Part shown: positions 16,946 through 27,007 of the stretch, in pieces | How the letters are laid out: the number at the start of each line of letters is the position of its first letter | Numbering within the stretch: position 1 is the first letter of the stretch | Source: an uncultured virus (IMG/VR IMGVR_UViG_3300035703_000051) | Lineage: Duplodnaviria > Heunggongvirae > Uroviricota > Caudoviricetes | Virus record (IMG/VR): IMGVR_UViG_3300035703_000051 | DNA: 64,000 bases | Reading direction: 5' to 3' (one strand) | Notes under the pieces: model-generated | The model's input: the letters and a program-made list of their open reading frames with translations, nothing else | Database searches by the model: none | Told to the model about the DNA's origin: nothing | Program-made: the position numbers and the translations under genes

Positions 16946-17152
16946 TCAGCAGCTTTCCTGCGATTTGCTTTGGTTGCGTCCAAATTTTTCCATCAGATCA
17001 TCAACGCATTCTAAAGATTCAAGGCGACAAAGAATATCGGAAATACTATTGATAGTAATCGGATGTTCTGTTCGTGCAGCAAACGCCAAAGCATCACGAA
17101 GATAATTGGTCGCTTGTTCAATCGATTCCTTAACTTGCGTAGACAGTGCCAT
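16946..17152 (-). CDS. Hypothetical protein
   Basis: MALSTQVKESIEQATNYLRDALAFAARTEHP. Confidence 0.7.
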   Translation of the reverse strand: MALSTQVKESIEQATNYLRDALAFAARTEHPITINSISDILCRLESLECVDDLMEKFGRNQSKSQESC

Positions 17153-17218
17153 TTCAGATACTTTGGGTGTTCTAACTATAGGACCAATTAGTAACATGTG
17201 TTTTATTGACGCATGTTA

Positions 17219-18478
17219 TTACTGTAATTTAAATTTGCAACTATAGCCATCACATGTAATTGGTGTGTTTACCATAAATGAATTAATGGTTTCCCCTACA
17301 TAACAAAGGTCATCATATGTAAGAACTGGAGAGGTCCCCAAGAAGAAAACTCGCTTGAGGACTTCATAAGCATTGGGATAATCTTTGGCGTTGCCAAGAT
17401 GACGGTAAGCTGGATGGAGTAATAAATTGCCAGCAAAATAATTGCGCGTTTGGATACCATTGTTTTCCAGGTATTGTTGTAGTGCTTGCTTGACTTTTGG
17501 ATTGTCGCAAACAATCGGTACACCAAACCAAGATGTTTCGGCTGGTAGTTTTTCGCCAATGATCTTAAGTTCGGCTGGATAATCTTGAAAATAATTTACG
17601 ATTGTTGTGTAATTTAAACGTCGAATTGTATGAATCTCCTCAAACTTGCTGAGCTGTACCAAACCAACAGCACCCTGCAAATCAAGGGGCTTGAGGTTGT
17701 AACCAATCTGACTGAACACATACTTGTGATCAACCACGCCGTCGTAATCCGGTAGCCATTGATCAAAACGTTTGCCGCAACTACCATTGATCAATTGGTT
17801 GCAGGCACCTACACAATAACAATCTCGTCCCCACCAGGCAAACTGCCGAGCCAAAGTAATCAACTCGGGAATATTGGATGACACCATCCCACCCTCAAAT
17901 GTAGTGATATGGTGCGCTGGGTAAAAAGAACAAGATGCCGCAACGGCATGCTTGGTCAGGTACTCACCATCCCACTTGGACCCAAGGGAATCGCAGTTGT
18001 CAGCAATGTATTTCAGTGAATGCTTTTCACAGATGTCAAGTAAACGGTCCAGATCGTAACAATTACCCAGCACAGGGCTGCTAAAAACTGCAACTGTTTT
18101 ATCCGTGATGGCATCTTCTACCTGCGAAAGATCCCAATTTAAATCATCCCAGGTGATGTCTACAAACTTTGGGGTCAGCCCATTTTGAATAATTGGGTTG
18201 ATTGTGGTCGGAAAACCAACAACACTGACAATAACCTCAGCTCCATCAGGCCACTCAAAATATTTCTTGAGTGCAGCAATCATCACAAGGTTTGCGGAAC
18301 TACCGCTATTCACCATCAGTGATGACTCAAATCCAAAGTATTTAGAAAAAGCACGCTCAAAACGATCAACATCTTTGCCTGCAGGAAACCAGGCACCCTG
18401 CTCTAGGTTTTTGATAGCTGCTTTAACTTCTTCGCCATCAAAATACGGTCCGGAGTACAGAACTTTCGATGCAGGCAT
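17219..18478 (-). CDS. rfbH: RfbH/DdhC-like NDP-4-keto-6-deoxyhexose 3-dehydrase (DegT family)
   Basis: SGSSAN; SFYPAHHIT with His in place of the PLP lysine; GRDCYC...C iron-sulfur motif. Confidence 0.85.
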   Translation of the reverse strand: MPASKVLYSGPYFDGEEVKAAIKNLEQGAWFPAGKDVDRFERAFSKYFGFESSLMVNSGSSANLVMIAALKKYFEWPDGAEVIVSVVGFPTTINPIIQNGLTPKFVDITWDDLNWDLSQVEDAITDKTVAVFSSPVLGNCYDLDRLLDICEKHSLKYIADNCDSLGSKWDGEYLTKHAVAASCSFYPAHHITTFEGGMVSSNIPELITLARQFAWWGRDCYCVGACNQLINGSCGKRFDQWLPDYDGVVDHKYVFSQIGYNLKPLDLQGAVGLVQLSKFEEIHTIRRLNYTTIVNYFQDYPAELKIIGEKLPAETSWFGVPIVCDNPKVKQALQQYLENNGIQTRNYFAGNLLLHPAYRHLGNAKDYPNAYEVLKRVFFLGTSPVLTYDDLCYVGETINSFMVNTPITCDGYSCKFKLQ

Positions 18479-19269
18479 AAATCGTCTAAGCCTTGATAGA
18501 TGTCAAATATAGGTTCAAAACCAAGATTGTTCAATGATCCACAATCAAGGCTGAAACGTATGGCTTGATTATAAACATGCGGAGGATCAATCCGGTAAAT
18601 ATCTGCTGGATCACCCAATAATTTGTTTGCATATTCCACAGCTTTTAACAGCTCGGTGGCTTTGCCAGTGCCAATGTTGTAAATCGTGTTCAATTCACCA
18701 AGACTACAAACAAGAGCAAGGGCTCTGCAAGTATCCAATATGTGAATGAAGTCACGTGTCACATAGTTCATCACTCTGACTGACTCTTTCTTTTTAAGTC
18801 GATTAATTAAAAAGTGAAGAGCATTACGTTTAGATGTCCCAGAGTCTGAGCCTCCGTATACATTGCCTAACCGCAAAATGCGATAGTCAATCTTAAATTC
18901 TGTACAGTATTCCTTAACAAGTTGCTCTGCTGTGTACTTTGTAATCGAATAAAATCCTCGTGGCTTGCAATCAACAAACTCATGGGGTCGACGATGAATT
19001 GGCCCATACACAAACCAACTACTTACAAAATTAAATTCTTTGACTCCTGCTTCGCGACATGCATCAAGCCGTCGCATCAGCTCCACCAGATTGGTATTAA
19101 CATCAATCAGGGGATCTTCTTTAAATGTGGCATTATCTGTCGTACTGATCAAGTACAACACACGTTTACTGCTGGGGGTAAGCTGATCTCTTGGTATTGA
19201 AAACGACGGAAACAACCCTTGGAAGTATGAGCCAATAATGCCCGTTCCTCCGTACAGACTTAAATCCAT
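18403..19269 (-). CDS. NAD-dependent epimerase/dehydratase
   Basis: GGTGIIG, YSITK and RLGNVYG motifs. Confidence 0.85.
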   Translation of the reverse strand: MDLSLYGGTGIIGSYFQGLFPSFSIPRDQLTPSSKRVLYLISTTDNATFKEDPLIDVNTNLVELMRRLDACREAGVKEFNFVSSWFVYGPIHRRPHEFVDCKPRGFYSITKYTAEQLVKEYCTEFKIDYRILRLGNVYGGSDSGTSKRNALHFLINRLKKKESVRVMNYVTRDFIHILDTCRALALVCSLGELNTIYNIGTGKATELLKAVEYANKLLGDPADIYRIDPPHVYNQAIRFSLDCGSLNNLGFEPIFDIYQGLDDLCLHRKFCTPDRILMAKKLKQLSKT

Positions 19270-19994
19270 CGTTGGCGTTCGCTACGTACAGGATCATAGA
19301 GCCAATAGTCAATGGGCAGATCCATATTAAAAGGTGTCTCGTACTTCTCTTGGGTTGGGGTGCCGCCCCATTTCTCAATGTAATATCTGCAGTTTTCAGC
19401 AAATGTTTTTTGATTTTTTTCTTGAATCTTTGGGTCGTTTTTAAGAGTTGAGCTAACGCGATGCTCGTATTGAAGAGGTAAATACTCCCATTCGAGTCCT
19501 GCCAACTTCATGCGATAACGATGGTCGTTGTCTTCGTAGTAAGCAGGGAAAAAGTTTTCATCTAAATAACCAACTTCATACAAAAGTTCTGGGGTAAATA
19601 TCAGGGATGAATATCCGTTTTGGCTTTCATCACACAAGATCCCAACAAAAGGATCCTTCAAGCGTTTAGCAAGTTTTTTTAACTGCCCCGGTTTGGGGTG
19701 CCAATCAACTGACAAGATGCACCAATAGGGGCAGTCGGTGTTCTGCTTAATGATTTGGTTGATCGACCCAGAGAAACCTACGTTGGTAACGTTGTGAACA
19801 ACTTTAATTTCATTGACATACTTGGATGGTGTATTTTTGATTCCAATGATTGCATTTAAAACATCAGGGTCCCCCTGGGAATTGTCAAGAATAAAGTAAC
19901 GATTAACTGGGTAATCAATACAATCAAATTGATTTATTAGATCATCAGCACCATTCAGGATCATAGTGCCAATCATCTCAATGGGTTTGGTCAT
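19260..19994 (-). CDS. Glycosyltransferase family 2-like
   Basis: NVGFSGSINQ and VGYLDENFFPAYYEDND motifs. Confidence 0.8.
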   Translation of the reverse strand: MTKPIEMIGTMILNGADDLINQFDCIDYPVNRYFILDNSQGDPDVLNAIIGIKNTPSKYVNEIKVVHNVTNVGFSGSINQIIKQNTDCPYWCILSVDWHPKPGQLKKLAKRLKDPFVGILCDESQNGYSSLIFTPELLYEVGYLDENFFPAYYEDNDHRYRMKLAGLEWEYLPLQYEHRVSSTLKNDPKIQEKNQKTFAENCRYYIEKWGGTPTQEKYETPFNMDLPIDYWLYDPVRSERQRWI

Positions 19995-20155
19995 TACAGA
20001 TCGACGCGAATATATTCAATATCTTGCAACTTTAGCTTATCTTCAAACGCATCAGCCTCTGCCGTCTCAATATCGTCAAACACCTTGCCATTAAAGCAAC
20101 CAGTGCGGCAGTCCTCGTCAACGTCGTAGTAAAACCGAGTCAAATTAGTGGACAT
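19994..20155 (-). CDS. 53-aa acidic hypothetical protein (not in ORF track)
   Basis: MSTNLTRFYYDVDED...IRVDL; TAATG coupling to the next gene. Confidence 0.6.
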   Translation of the reverse strand: MSTNLTRFYYDVDEDCRTGCFNGKVFDDIETAEADAFEDKLKLQDIEYIRVDL

Positions 20156-20387
20156 GATGAGCGGTATAAATTAAATTAATGTATTTCCACGTCAAGATAG
20201 ACGTGATTGCAAGCATCGCCAACCTACCGTTCACACGTTCGGCATACCAAAGGAAATCATTGGGGTGCGTGGGTGGTTTCCAAAACTTTAGATCGGGGCA
20301 CTCTTCCAGGATCCATTTCCAAACAACAGAAAAAACCCAGCCAAAACAACTGATGTACCCCTGGATACTCAATAAGATCTTGTTCAT
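20145..20387 (-). CDS. hli: High-light-inducible protein-like
   Basis: AERVNGRLAMLA chlorophyll-binding motif. Confidence 0.75.
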   Translation of the reverse strand: MNKILLSIQGYISCFGWVFSVVWKWILEECPDLKFWKPPTHPNDFLWYAERVNGRLAMLAITSILTWKYINLIYTAHHVH

Positions 20388-20479
20388 CTTGAAGTGTGAA
20401 TGAACAGGTATAAGTCTAAGGACGCTACTGCCAGCATAGCCCCAAGAATCGAAATGATTGCGTATTTAAAATCGTCCAT
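20384..20479 (-). CDS. 31-aa membrane peptide (not in ORF track)
   Basis: MDDFKYAIISILGAMLAVASLDLYLFIHTSR; overlaps both neighbours by stop/start coupling. Confidence 0.5.
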   Translation of the reverse strand: MDDFKYAIISILGAMLAVASLDLYLFIHTSR

Positions 20480-20844
20480 TACTTTTGTAGCACTTCTAAC
20501 TCTTCAACATTAATCATATAACTTGGATCGAGTTCTGCATGTGCAATCAAAGCGTTACAAACATATGCACAATCCAAATAATGTCCAATGGGGTCATTAT
20601 TATAAAATAACTCGGACATCTTTTTGATGTTGCAAAGCACTGGCCGATTGTCGTAGACAGAACACTTACCGTCCACTAACATCTCGCAATTTCCTTCGGC
20701 GTTTGGTTTATAGGGAAATTCTTTGATCAGTGCTCCAATGGAGGTGTTGACATCCACGTTACTATTGAGAACTTTCCCAATAAAACGGCAGCATTGACCA
20801 CATCCGGTACACGGAAAATCGGGTAATTCCATATTCTCATTCAC
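20479..20844 (-). CDS. YkgJ-family cysteine-cluster protein
   Basis: CTGCGQCC...C...CSVYDNRPVLC. Confidence 0.8.
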   Translation of the reverse strand: MNENMELPDFPCTGCGQCCRFIGKVLNSNVDVNTSIGALIKEFPYKPNAEGNCEMLVDGKCSVYDNRPVLCNIKKMSELFYNNDPIGHYLDCAYVCNALIAHAELDPSYMINVEELEVLQK

Positions 20845-20886
20845 TGAATTTAACTGCTACACTATACGCAATATACAAAACCTGCA

Positions 20887-21741
20887 ATGGTTGCTAAACT
20901 GAATACATCAGATCCTTGGATTAAAGCCAAGGATGAGCAACCAGAAGTTATGCGGTCAATTAACAGGACCGCAGCCAGAATTACGCTTAACGGAAAACGT
21001 CACTATACAACTCCGTTACCCACTGGACCTGCGCCGTCCGTAACTACTATCATTAGTGAGACAGCTTCCGAAGCAAACAAACGGAAGCTCGAAATGTGGT
21101 CCAAAGCAAATCCCGGTGTTAAGGAAGCTGCTGCTGAAAGAGGTACCGCCATCCACTACGGCATGGAGTGCTACCTCAAGGGGAACAAGAATCCAGACAT
21201 ACCAACGGATTACGCGGACTTTTGGGCGGGTATGCCTCCGATTCTTGATCAATTTGAAGAGGTCCTTTGGGCAGAGTCTCCTGTACTCGATAAGTTTAAT
21301 TTCACTATTGGTGCTGATGATGTCGCTCGTGTCTGGGGTTGCGATGACGAAGGCAGGGCTTGGGCTGGTGCTCCTGACATTATCGGTGTTGTTAGCAACA
21401 AACTTACGCTGGCGGATTTAAAGACTAGCGTCAAACCATACAGCAGGAAGTGGCCGAAAGATTTGGAGAAGGGGTCCCAGGAGTGGAGGGATCTGCTCGG
21501 TGGTCATCTAAAGTTTAAAAAAACGTGCAAGCAACTCGCTGCGTATGATATCGCTATTGAGCAGACCCTAGGCATGACCGTACAACAGGCGGCAATCCTG
21601 GTATCTACGCCAGTGCGTACTCAAATTTTTAAAATTTCTAGAAAATTTCTTGACTCTTTAAGGGAAGATTGGTACCAGCTGGTCGCTGAGTACTACACTC
21701 AAATCGAAAACTGTGGAGTCTATGATCCCGATCTTATTTAA
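20887..21741 (+). CDS. PD-(D/E)XK exonuclease
   Basis: PSVTTII, RGTAIH, AGAPD, ADLKTS and QLAAY motifs. Confidence 0.85.
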   Translation: MVAKLNTSDPWIKAKDEQPEVMRSINRTAARITLNGKRHYTTPLPTGPAPSVTTIISETASEANKRKLEMWSKANPGVKEAAAERGTAIHYGMECYLKGNKNPDIPTDYADFWAGMPPILDQFEEVLWAESPVLDKFNFTIGADDVARVWGCDDEGRAWAGAPDIIGVVSNKLTLADLKTSVKPYSRKWPKDLEKGSQEWRDLLGGHLKFKKTCKQLAAYDIAIEQTLGMTVQQAAILVSTPVRTQIFKISRKFLDSLREDWYQLVAEYYTQIENCGVYDPDLI

Positions 21742-22006
21742 AGACATCATCCAGGTCATCATCAAATGGTGGAAACGTACTTGGTTTGAAGCAAAACTCA
21801 AAGCTCGTCTCGATATGATTGAACTTGAGAATCGTATTGAGTCCGAGATAGAACGGGAGGAACAAAACAAGCCGATCTATACGGAAAAACTAATCGACCC
21901 TAAGCTTCAGACTGGTGAGTCCCAGAAGCTGGGTGGTGAGATGCGATTAACTGCTCCTTGGTATAGTGATGAGCTACAACCCCCAAAGTCCGATGGAATG
22001 CCGTAA
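21713..22006 (+). CDS. Hypothetical protein
   Basis: 97-aa ORF in the operon. Confidence 0.6.
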   Translation: MESMIPILFKDIIQVIIKWWKRTWFEAKLKARLDMIELENRIESEIEREEQNKPIYTEKLIDPKLQTGESQKLGGEMRLTAPWYSDELQPPKSDGMP

Positions 22007-22151
22007 GCGCCTGGCATGGACCATTGCATGTGAACGCGCAGTTGTAACAAAAGAAGATGCTGTTACTATCTACAACAGATTGATGAACGAATTCAATTCA
22101 ATAGATAAGCGGAATAAGTACAAACAGACTGAGTCCAATAAGTCTCAGTGA
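21966..22151 (+). CDS. Hypothetical protein
   Basis: 61-aa ORF. Confidence 0.5.
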   Translation: MMSYNPQSPMECRKRLAWTIACERAVVTKEDAVTIYNRLMNEFNSIDKRNKYKQTESNKSQ

Positions 22152-22220
22152 TTTAATAAAATCTTGTGGGTCGTCCTGGATTGGTCGCCGTAGGATAAAG
22201 AGACACTCAAATCACCCTCC

Positions 22221-22412
22221 ATGGACATCCACGTTTCTGTGGGTGAGTGGATGCAGACTCTCCAAAGCCTCATGTCAAATGCGGCTGATGGGGATTGTTT
22301 TTGCCTGCCCACCTATATGCATCTTCATGCTTTTCTAATCCTGAAGGAGGACTTCTTTCCCCAGCGAGACTTTAAAGTAACAGTAAAACAGGAAGGGATT
22401 TATGACCAGTAA
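22221..22412 (+). CDS. Hypothetical protein
   Basis: 63-aa ORF overlapping the primase start. Confidence 0.55.
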   Translation: MDIHVSVGEWMQTLQSLMSNAADGDCFCLPTYMHLHAFLILKEDFFPQRDFKVTVKQEGIYDQ

Positions 22413-25035
22413 GAACCAGCAAGCTGTTAAACCGGGCGAAATTCGGCTCGATTACATCCCCATTGACTGGCCTCTTACGCCTCTGGGTGGTAACAAAGAT
22501 CCCTATACGGCTGGTTGGCAAAACAAACCCTTTACTGTCACCGACATTGAAGAGGAAATTATCGGCGGCAAATGTAAGGCAGTTGGATTGCTGTCTGGGC
22601 CTGTCTTTAATCATCCCTTCGGTTTTGTTTGGGTTGATATCGATGGCCCAACCGTCTATGACCTGGTCAAAGGGCTTGCTGATACCAACGAATTCAATGA
22701 GGCATTGCCTCCAACACTGACAATTTGCAGCGGTAAACCTGGGCGTGAGCGGAAATTATACAAGATCGCACGAGAAAAACAAAAGCACTTTGTCCGTAAC
22801 AAGTACGTCTGGCAGGCAGAGGGTAACCTAGAAAAACTGGAGATCCTCTGGTGTAAACACCAGGGTGTGTTGATGGGTCTCCACCCGGAAACCGCTGGTT
22901 ACTACACCGCAGATGGTATGGGATTCGAGTGGATTCCAGAGATCCCCGAATTCCCAGACTGGCTTCTCACTCTCATCATCAATAAAAACGTCAAGCAAGG
23001 GTCGCCTGCAAAAGAAGTTAGCCGTCGTGTTGGTCCAGGGTTTGCCATCAATACCGTCATCGATCTTGAGCGAGATATGAAACTCGCAATCGATGGCATG
23101 TGGGGCATGGGTCCTGATGCTGCCGATGACTACGACACTTGGATCACCATTGGTCAGGTGTTGCACCAGCTGGATGATTCACTGCTCGATCAATGGGATC
23201 AATGGTCCCGGCAATCAGATAAATACAAAGATGGTGAGTGTCACAAACGTTGGCTTTCCTTTAGTAAAGGTGGCGGTCGTGGTCTTGGTACCCTTCTGCA
23301 CATTGCTCAAGAACATGGTTGGAAACCACCTCTTGAACAACAAGATTACAAAGCACTCAATGTCCCCGACGATACCCTTGATCACGTGTCCAAACTCCTA
23401 GAAGAATTAGAAGACGAACTTGGCATCAAGCCAGAAAAACCAGTTGCCGCACCAAAGGTTGAATGGAAAGCAACTGAAATCAAAGTTCAGTCAGGCAATA
23501 AAAAGAAACAAGAGAAGCAAGGCAATCCGTCCTATGACGTGATCGCTGATGTGATGCTGCAACTTTATAAAGATAATCTGCACTTTAGCCAGGCACAAAA
23601 TACATTCTTTATCTACGAATACAAGAGCAAAGGTCTGTGGTCTTCCCTTTCAGATAACGAAATTAAAGGCGACCTGAAGGACAAGCTTGAGAAGGTAAAA
23701 GAAAAACTGTTGCCCAATGGCTACAGCATGAAGATGATCAATGATGTGCTAGAGCAACTCAAGATCAGCACCATCTTTGATGACTGGTACGAAGGCAATG
23801 ATCTCCTGCTCTTCACCAATGGGGTGCTTCACGTCAACACTCGGGAGCTGACTGGTTTCCGCAAAGAGCTTTATATTACGCAACAACTTCCGTATGACTA
23901 CAATCCAGCGGCTGGATGTGAACCAATCATTAAGTGGCTGAAGTCCACGCAAGATCAACACTGGGGTCGGACCCAGGTACTGCGGGCTTGGTTGCGTGCC
24001 GTACTTCTTGGGCACTCGGAAGTTCAGAAGTTTGTTGAGATTGTCGGCCCAGGGAAATCAGGTAAGTCCACTTACTCAAACCTCGCGCATGCGCTGGTTG
24101 GTGATGATAACGCCATGATCTCCTCCCTAGAGCATCTGGAAAAGAATCGTTTTGAAACCGCCAACCTTTATAAGAAGAAGCTCTTGCTCTTCAATGATGT
24201 GGAACGTTATGGCGGATCAGTTTCGGTACTGAAAGCAATCACAGGTCGTGACCTGATTCGTAATGAACGCAAGTTCCAGGCTGGTAGCCAGAAGCCATTC
24301 AAGTTCAATGGCCTGGTTATGATCACCGCCAACGAACCGATCCAAACCACTGATCCAACCTCTGGTTTGGCACGTCGTCGTCTCACTATTCCTTTCGACC
24401 GCCCATTCACTGGTTCATCCGCTGAACAAAAAACACTCATCGATATGGATGACAAAGGCAAACCTTTTGGTGAATTTGCCTCCATGCTCCCAGGGCTTGT
24501 GAACTGGGTGTTGGATATGTCGGAGGCTGAGATGCGGGAATATTTAATGGAGACCAACAAAAAAGTTGAGTTCTTTGCTCGTCACCACCAGGAGCAAATC
24601 CTGAAATCAAATCAAATCATGGATTGGATGAGTCACTGTGTGGTCTTCGATCCAGGTGTATCTAGTGCCATCGGTCTAGCAAAGACCAGTGCAGGTACCA
24701 CCTATATCTATTCCCATTGGGATGAATGGTTGTACGCCAGCTACTGTGAGTTTTCTCGTGGCAGTAACAGCAACATCCTTGGAAGGAGTCGTTTTGAGTC
24801 GCTCGTTATGGACGTATGTGTTCATCAGTTGGGCTTGAATGTCTACAAAATGAAGCAAGCACGTGGCATTCGTGTCAACAACATCGCTGTCCGTGACTCC
24901 AACAAAACTAAATACAGTGACTACCCATCAATTGTTGAAGTGGGTATGGATAAAGAAAAATGGAAAGAGTTTTATGGTGATACATTGTTTAAGAAAACAG
25001 ATGCAAGAATAGAAGAACCGGAATTAATCAGTTGA
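22402..25035 (+). CDS. Primase-helicase (Prim-Pol, PriCT-2, D5-like SF3 helicase)
   Basis: VDIDG; DYDTWITIG...WDQWS; Walker A GPGKSGKST; ITANE and ARRR motifs. Confidence 0.9.
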   Translation: MTSKNQQAVKPGEIRLDYIPIDWPLTPLGGNKDPYTAGWQNKPFTVTDIEEEIIGGKCKAVGLLSGPVFNHPFGFVWVDIDGPTVYDLVKGLADTNEFNEALPPTLTICSGKPGRERKLYKIAREKQKHFVRNKYVWQAEGNLEKLEILWCKHQGVLMGLHPETAGYYTADGMGFEWIPEIPEFPDWLLTLIINKNVKQGSPAKEVSRRVGPGFAINTVIDLERDMKLAIDGMWGMGPDAADDYDTWITIGQVLHQLDDSLLDQWDQWSRQSDKYKDGECHKRWLSFSKGGGRGLGTLLHIAQEHGWKPPLEQQDYKALNVPDDTLDHVSKLLEELEDELGIKPEKPVAAPKVEWKATEIKVQSGNKKKQEKQGNPSYDVIADVMLQLYKDNLHFSQAQNTFFIYEYKSKGLWSSLSDNEIKGDLKDKLEKVKEKLLPNGYSMKMINDVLEQLKISTIFDDWYEGNDLLLFTNGVLHVNTRELTGFRKELYITQQLPYDYNPAAGCEPIIKWLKSTQDQHWGRTQVLRAWLRAVLLGHSEVQKFVEIVGPGKSGKSTYSNLAHALVGDDNAMISSLEHLEKNRFETANLYKKKLLLFNDVERYGGSVSVLKAITGRDLIRNERKFQAGSQKPFKFNGLVMITANEPIQTTDPTSGLARRRLTIPFDRPFTGSSAEQKTLIDMDDKGKPFGEFASMLPGLVNWVLDMSEAEMREYLMETNKKVEFFARHHQEQILKSNQIMDWMSHCVVFDPGVSSAIGLAKTSAGTTYIYSHWDEWLYASYCEFSRGSNSNILGRSRFESLVMDVCVHQLGLNVYKMKQARGIRVNNIAVRDSNKTKYSDYPSIVEVGMDKEKWKEFYGDTLFKKTDARIEEPELIS

Positions 25036-25391
25036 GTAACGGTCGCCACCTCATCCTTGATCTCTACGACTGCGATAAACAGTTGCTAGATAACTATGAC
25101 GCTCTCCAAGAGCTGATGCAGGTGGCATTGCAGATGTCCAACGCACGCATCTTGCGGATCATTGGCGAAAAGTTCAAGCCGCAAGGTGTAACACTCTTGG
25201 CATTACTGGCTGAATCACACTGCTCAATCCACACATGGCCTGAGATTGGCTACGCGGCTGTCGATCTCTACACCTGTGGTGATACAACTAATTCGCACAA
25301 AGCAGCAGAATTTTTAAAGTACAAACTCAAAGCAAAAACATCAGAAGAGAAAGAGTTAGTACGTTCAACAACTCCAACAAAATCTGTATAG
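25032..25391 (+). CDS. speD: S-adenosylmethionine decarboxylase proenzyme
   Basis: GRHLILDLYDC, F.PQGVT, LLAESHCSIHTWPE (E/S cleavage site) and DLYTCG. Confidence 0.9.
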   Translation: MSNGRHLILDLYDCDKQLLDNYDALQELMQVALQMSNARILRIIGEKFKPQGVTLLALLAESHCSIHTWPEIGYAAVDLYTCGDTTNSHKAAEFLKYKLKAKTSEEKELVRSTTPTKSV

Positions 25392-25413
25392 TATTGTCAG
25401 TCAATTAATTGAG

Positions 25414-26676
25414 ATGACTGACAACAAACCTAAACTTTTGTGGATTGGCGATATTGTTGCCACCACTGGTTTTGCTCGTGTTACTGAAAACGTACTGAGC
25501 CGACTGAAAGATAAATACGAAATCCATGTGCTGGGTTGCAACTGGCATGGTGATTACACCCCGCTCCAGGAGGAATACTTCATGTATCCAGCCTCCAATC
25601 GGTTCCAGCAGGCACCCTTTGGAGAAGATCGGATTCGTGAAATCGTTGAACGTATCCATCCTGATGTGATCTTTACGATCAACGACAGCTGGATCATTAA
25701 TGAACAATGGCGGCGCATTGCTGATCTGCGTGATCAACTTAAGTTCAAGTTCGTGGGTTACTACCCCATGGATTCGTATGAGTGGTATGGCGCACTCATT
25801 GATACATTAAATGATTGGGACGCTGCCATCTGTTACACCGAATTTGGTGCACATGAAACCATCAATGCTGGTGCCAAGGTGCCAATCACGGTTATTCCTC
25901 ATGGCATGACACCCAAGCAGTTCTATCCCGTTGACAAGAAAAAAGCACGCAAGGAGCTGGGCCTGAACCCAGATGACTTCATTGTCTTCAACGGCAACCG
26001 CAACCAGTTCCGTAAACGGATTGACATCACGATCAGTGCCTTTGCCAAGTTTGCTGTTGATCGTCCAGATGCCAAGCTTTATCTCCACATGGGAATGAAG
26101 GACCAGGGCTGGGATGTGATGCCGTTATTTGCACGAGAAATGACGCGCCAAGGGCTTGACCCCAACAACCGCATCATCATGACCACTCCCCATGAACACC
26201 CGCCATCGGTACCTGTGGAGATGCTCAACACCATCTACAACGTTGCTGATGTGGGCGTCAACACCTGCAAAGGAGAAGGCTGGGGTCTTGTCAACTTCGA
26301 GCATGCTGCCTGCCGTGTGGCCCAGGTGGTGCCCGATCACACCTCCTGCAAAGAGATCTTTGATGGCACTGGGGAGCTGATCCGTTCCCTTCACGCTGAT
26401 GTCGATACCAACTTCGGTCGCATCATGCCCTGCCCTGACGACAATCACCTTGCCCAGATCCTTGGTGACCTCTACGACAACCGTGACAAGCTCGACCAGG
26501 TGGCCCAGGCCTGTTATGACCGTGTAACGGATACCTGCTTCGATTGGGAGACGGTGGCAGGTCAGTTTGATGACACCTTCCAGGAGGTGCTGGCTAAGAA
26601 GGAGGAGGAAGCTCCACGCATCGTCAAACCAAAGGTAAAGGGTAAGGGCAAGAAAAAAGAAACAGTTGCCGTCTGA
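25414..26676 (+). CDS. Glycosyltransferase family 4 (GT-B fold)
   Basis: TGFARV, NRNQFRKRID and GEGWGLVNFE motifs. Confidence 0.85.
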   Translation: MTDNKPKLLWIGDIVATTGFARVTENVLSRLKDKYEIHVLGCNWHGDYTPLQEEYFMYPASNRFQQAPFGEDRIREIVERIHPDVIFTINDSWIINEQWRRIADLRDQLKFKFVGYYPMDSYEWYGALIDTLNDWDAAICYTEFGAHETINAGAKVPITVIPHGMTPKQFYPVDKKKARKELGLNPDDFIVFNGNRNQFRKRIDITISAFAKFAVDRPDAKLYLHMGMKDQGWDVMPLFAREMTRQGLDPNNRIIMTTPHEHPPSVPVEMLNTIYNVADVGVNTCKGEGWGLVNFEHAACRVAQVVPDHTSCKEIFDGTGELIRSLHADVDTNFGRIMPCPDDNHLAQILGDLYDNRDKLDQVAQACYDRVTDTCFDWETVAGQFDDTFQEVLAKKEEEAPRIVKPKVKGKGKKKETVAV

Positions 26677-26699
26677 TCGGTAGACAATTTAAAGATTGG

Positions 26700-26723
26700 A
26701 CCCCTGCTTCGGCGGGGGTTTTT
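26700..26723 (+). terminator. Rho-independent terminator
   Basis: ACCCCTGC-TTCG-GCGGGGGT-TTTT. Confidence 0.85.
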
Positions 26724-26781
26724 GTTTGTGGTGATACCAAGAGCTGGAGGGATGTGCAGAGATTGTGAGAATGAGATGCAG

Positions 26782-26975
26782 AAAAACAGAGAATAAGGGC
26801 CGCGCATACTCTAGAGCTAGCAGATGACATTGTTGAAAATGGTGTAATGTTGAAAAGTTGGGCGGGGAAAGTAAAGAGAAATAAAACACGTACACTGTTT
26901 GACAGCGGCGTCATCCGCTGGAGATATAAGAAAAAACATACCTATTCTCTGTTTTTATGTCACATTCTCTGTTTT
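26782..26975. repeat. Non-coding inverted/direct repeat cluster, candidate replication origin
   Basis: 14-bp perfect inverted repeat at 26782-26795 / 26943-26956, a third ATTCTCTGTTTT at 26964, and TGTTGAAAA twice. Confidence 0.5.
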
Positions 26976-27007
26976 GCTGCTACTCTGATCCTCATTCGCA
27001 TTTCCTT

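Noticed and set aside
16870..16983. 38-codon N-terminal extension on rfbC
   Set aside because: It could be a fused small ORF or simply an open frame; this cannot be decided from sequence alone.
20887..21741. Cas4 or CRISPR association of the exonuclease
   Set aside because: No four-Cys cluster pattern and no array; it looks like an ordinary phage PD-(D/E)XK nuclease.
22138..22160. AATAAGTCTC shared with about 49500
   Set aside because: Only two copies of a 10-mer, which is insufficient to call an operator.
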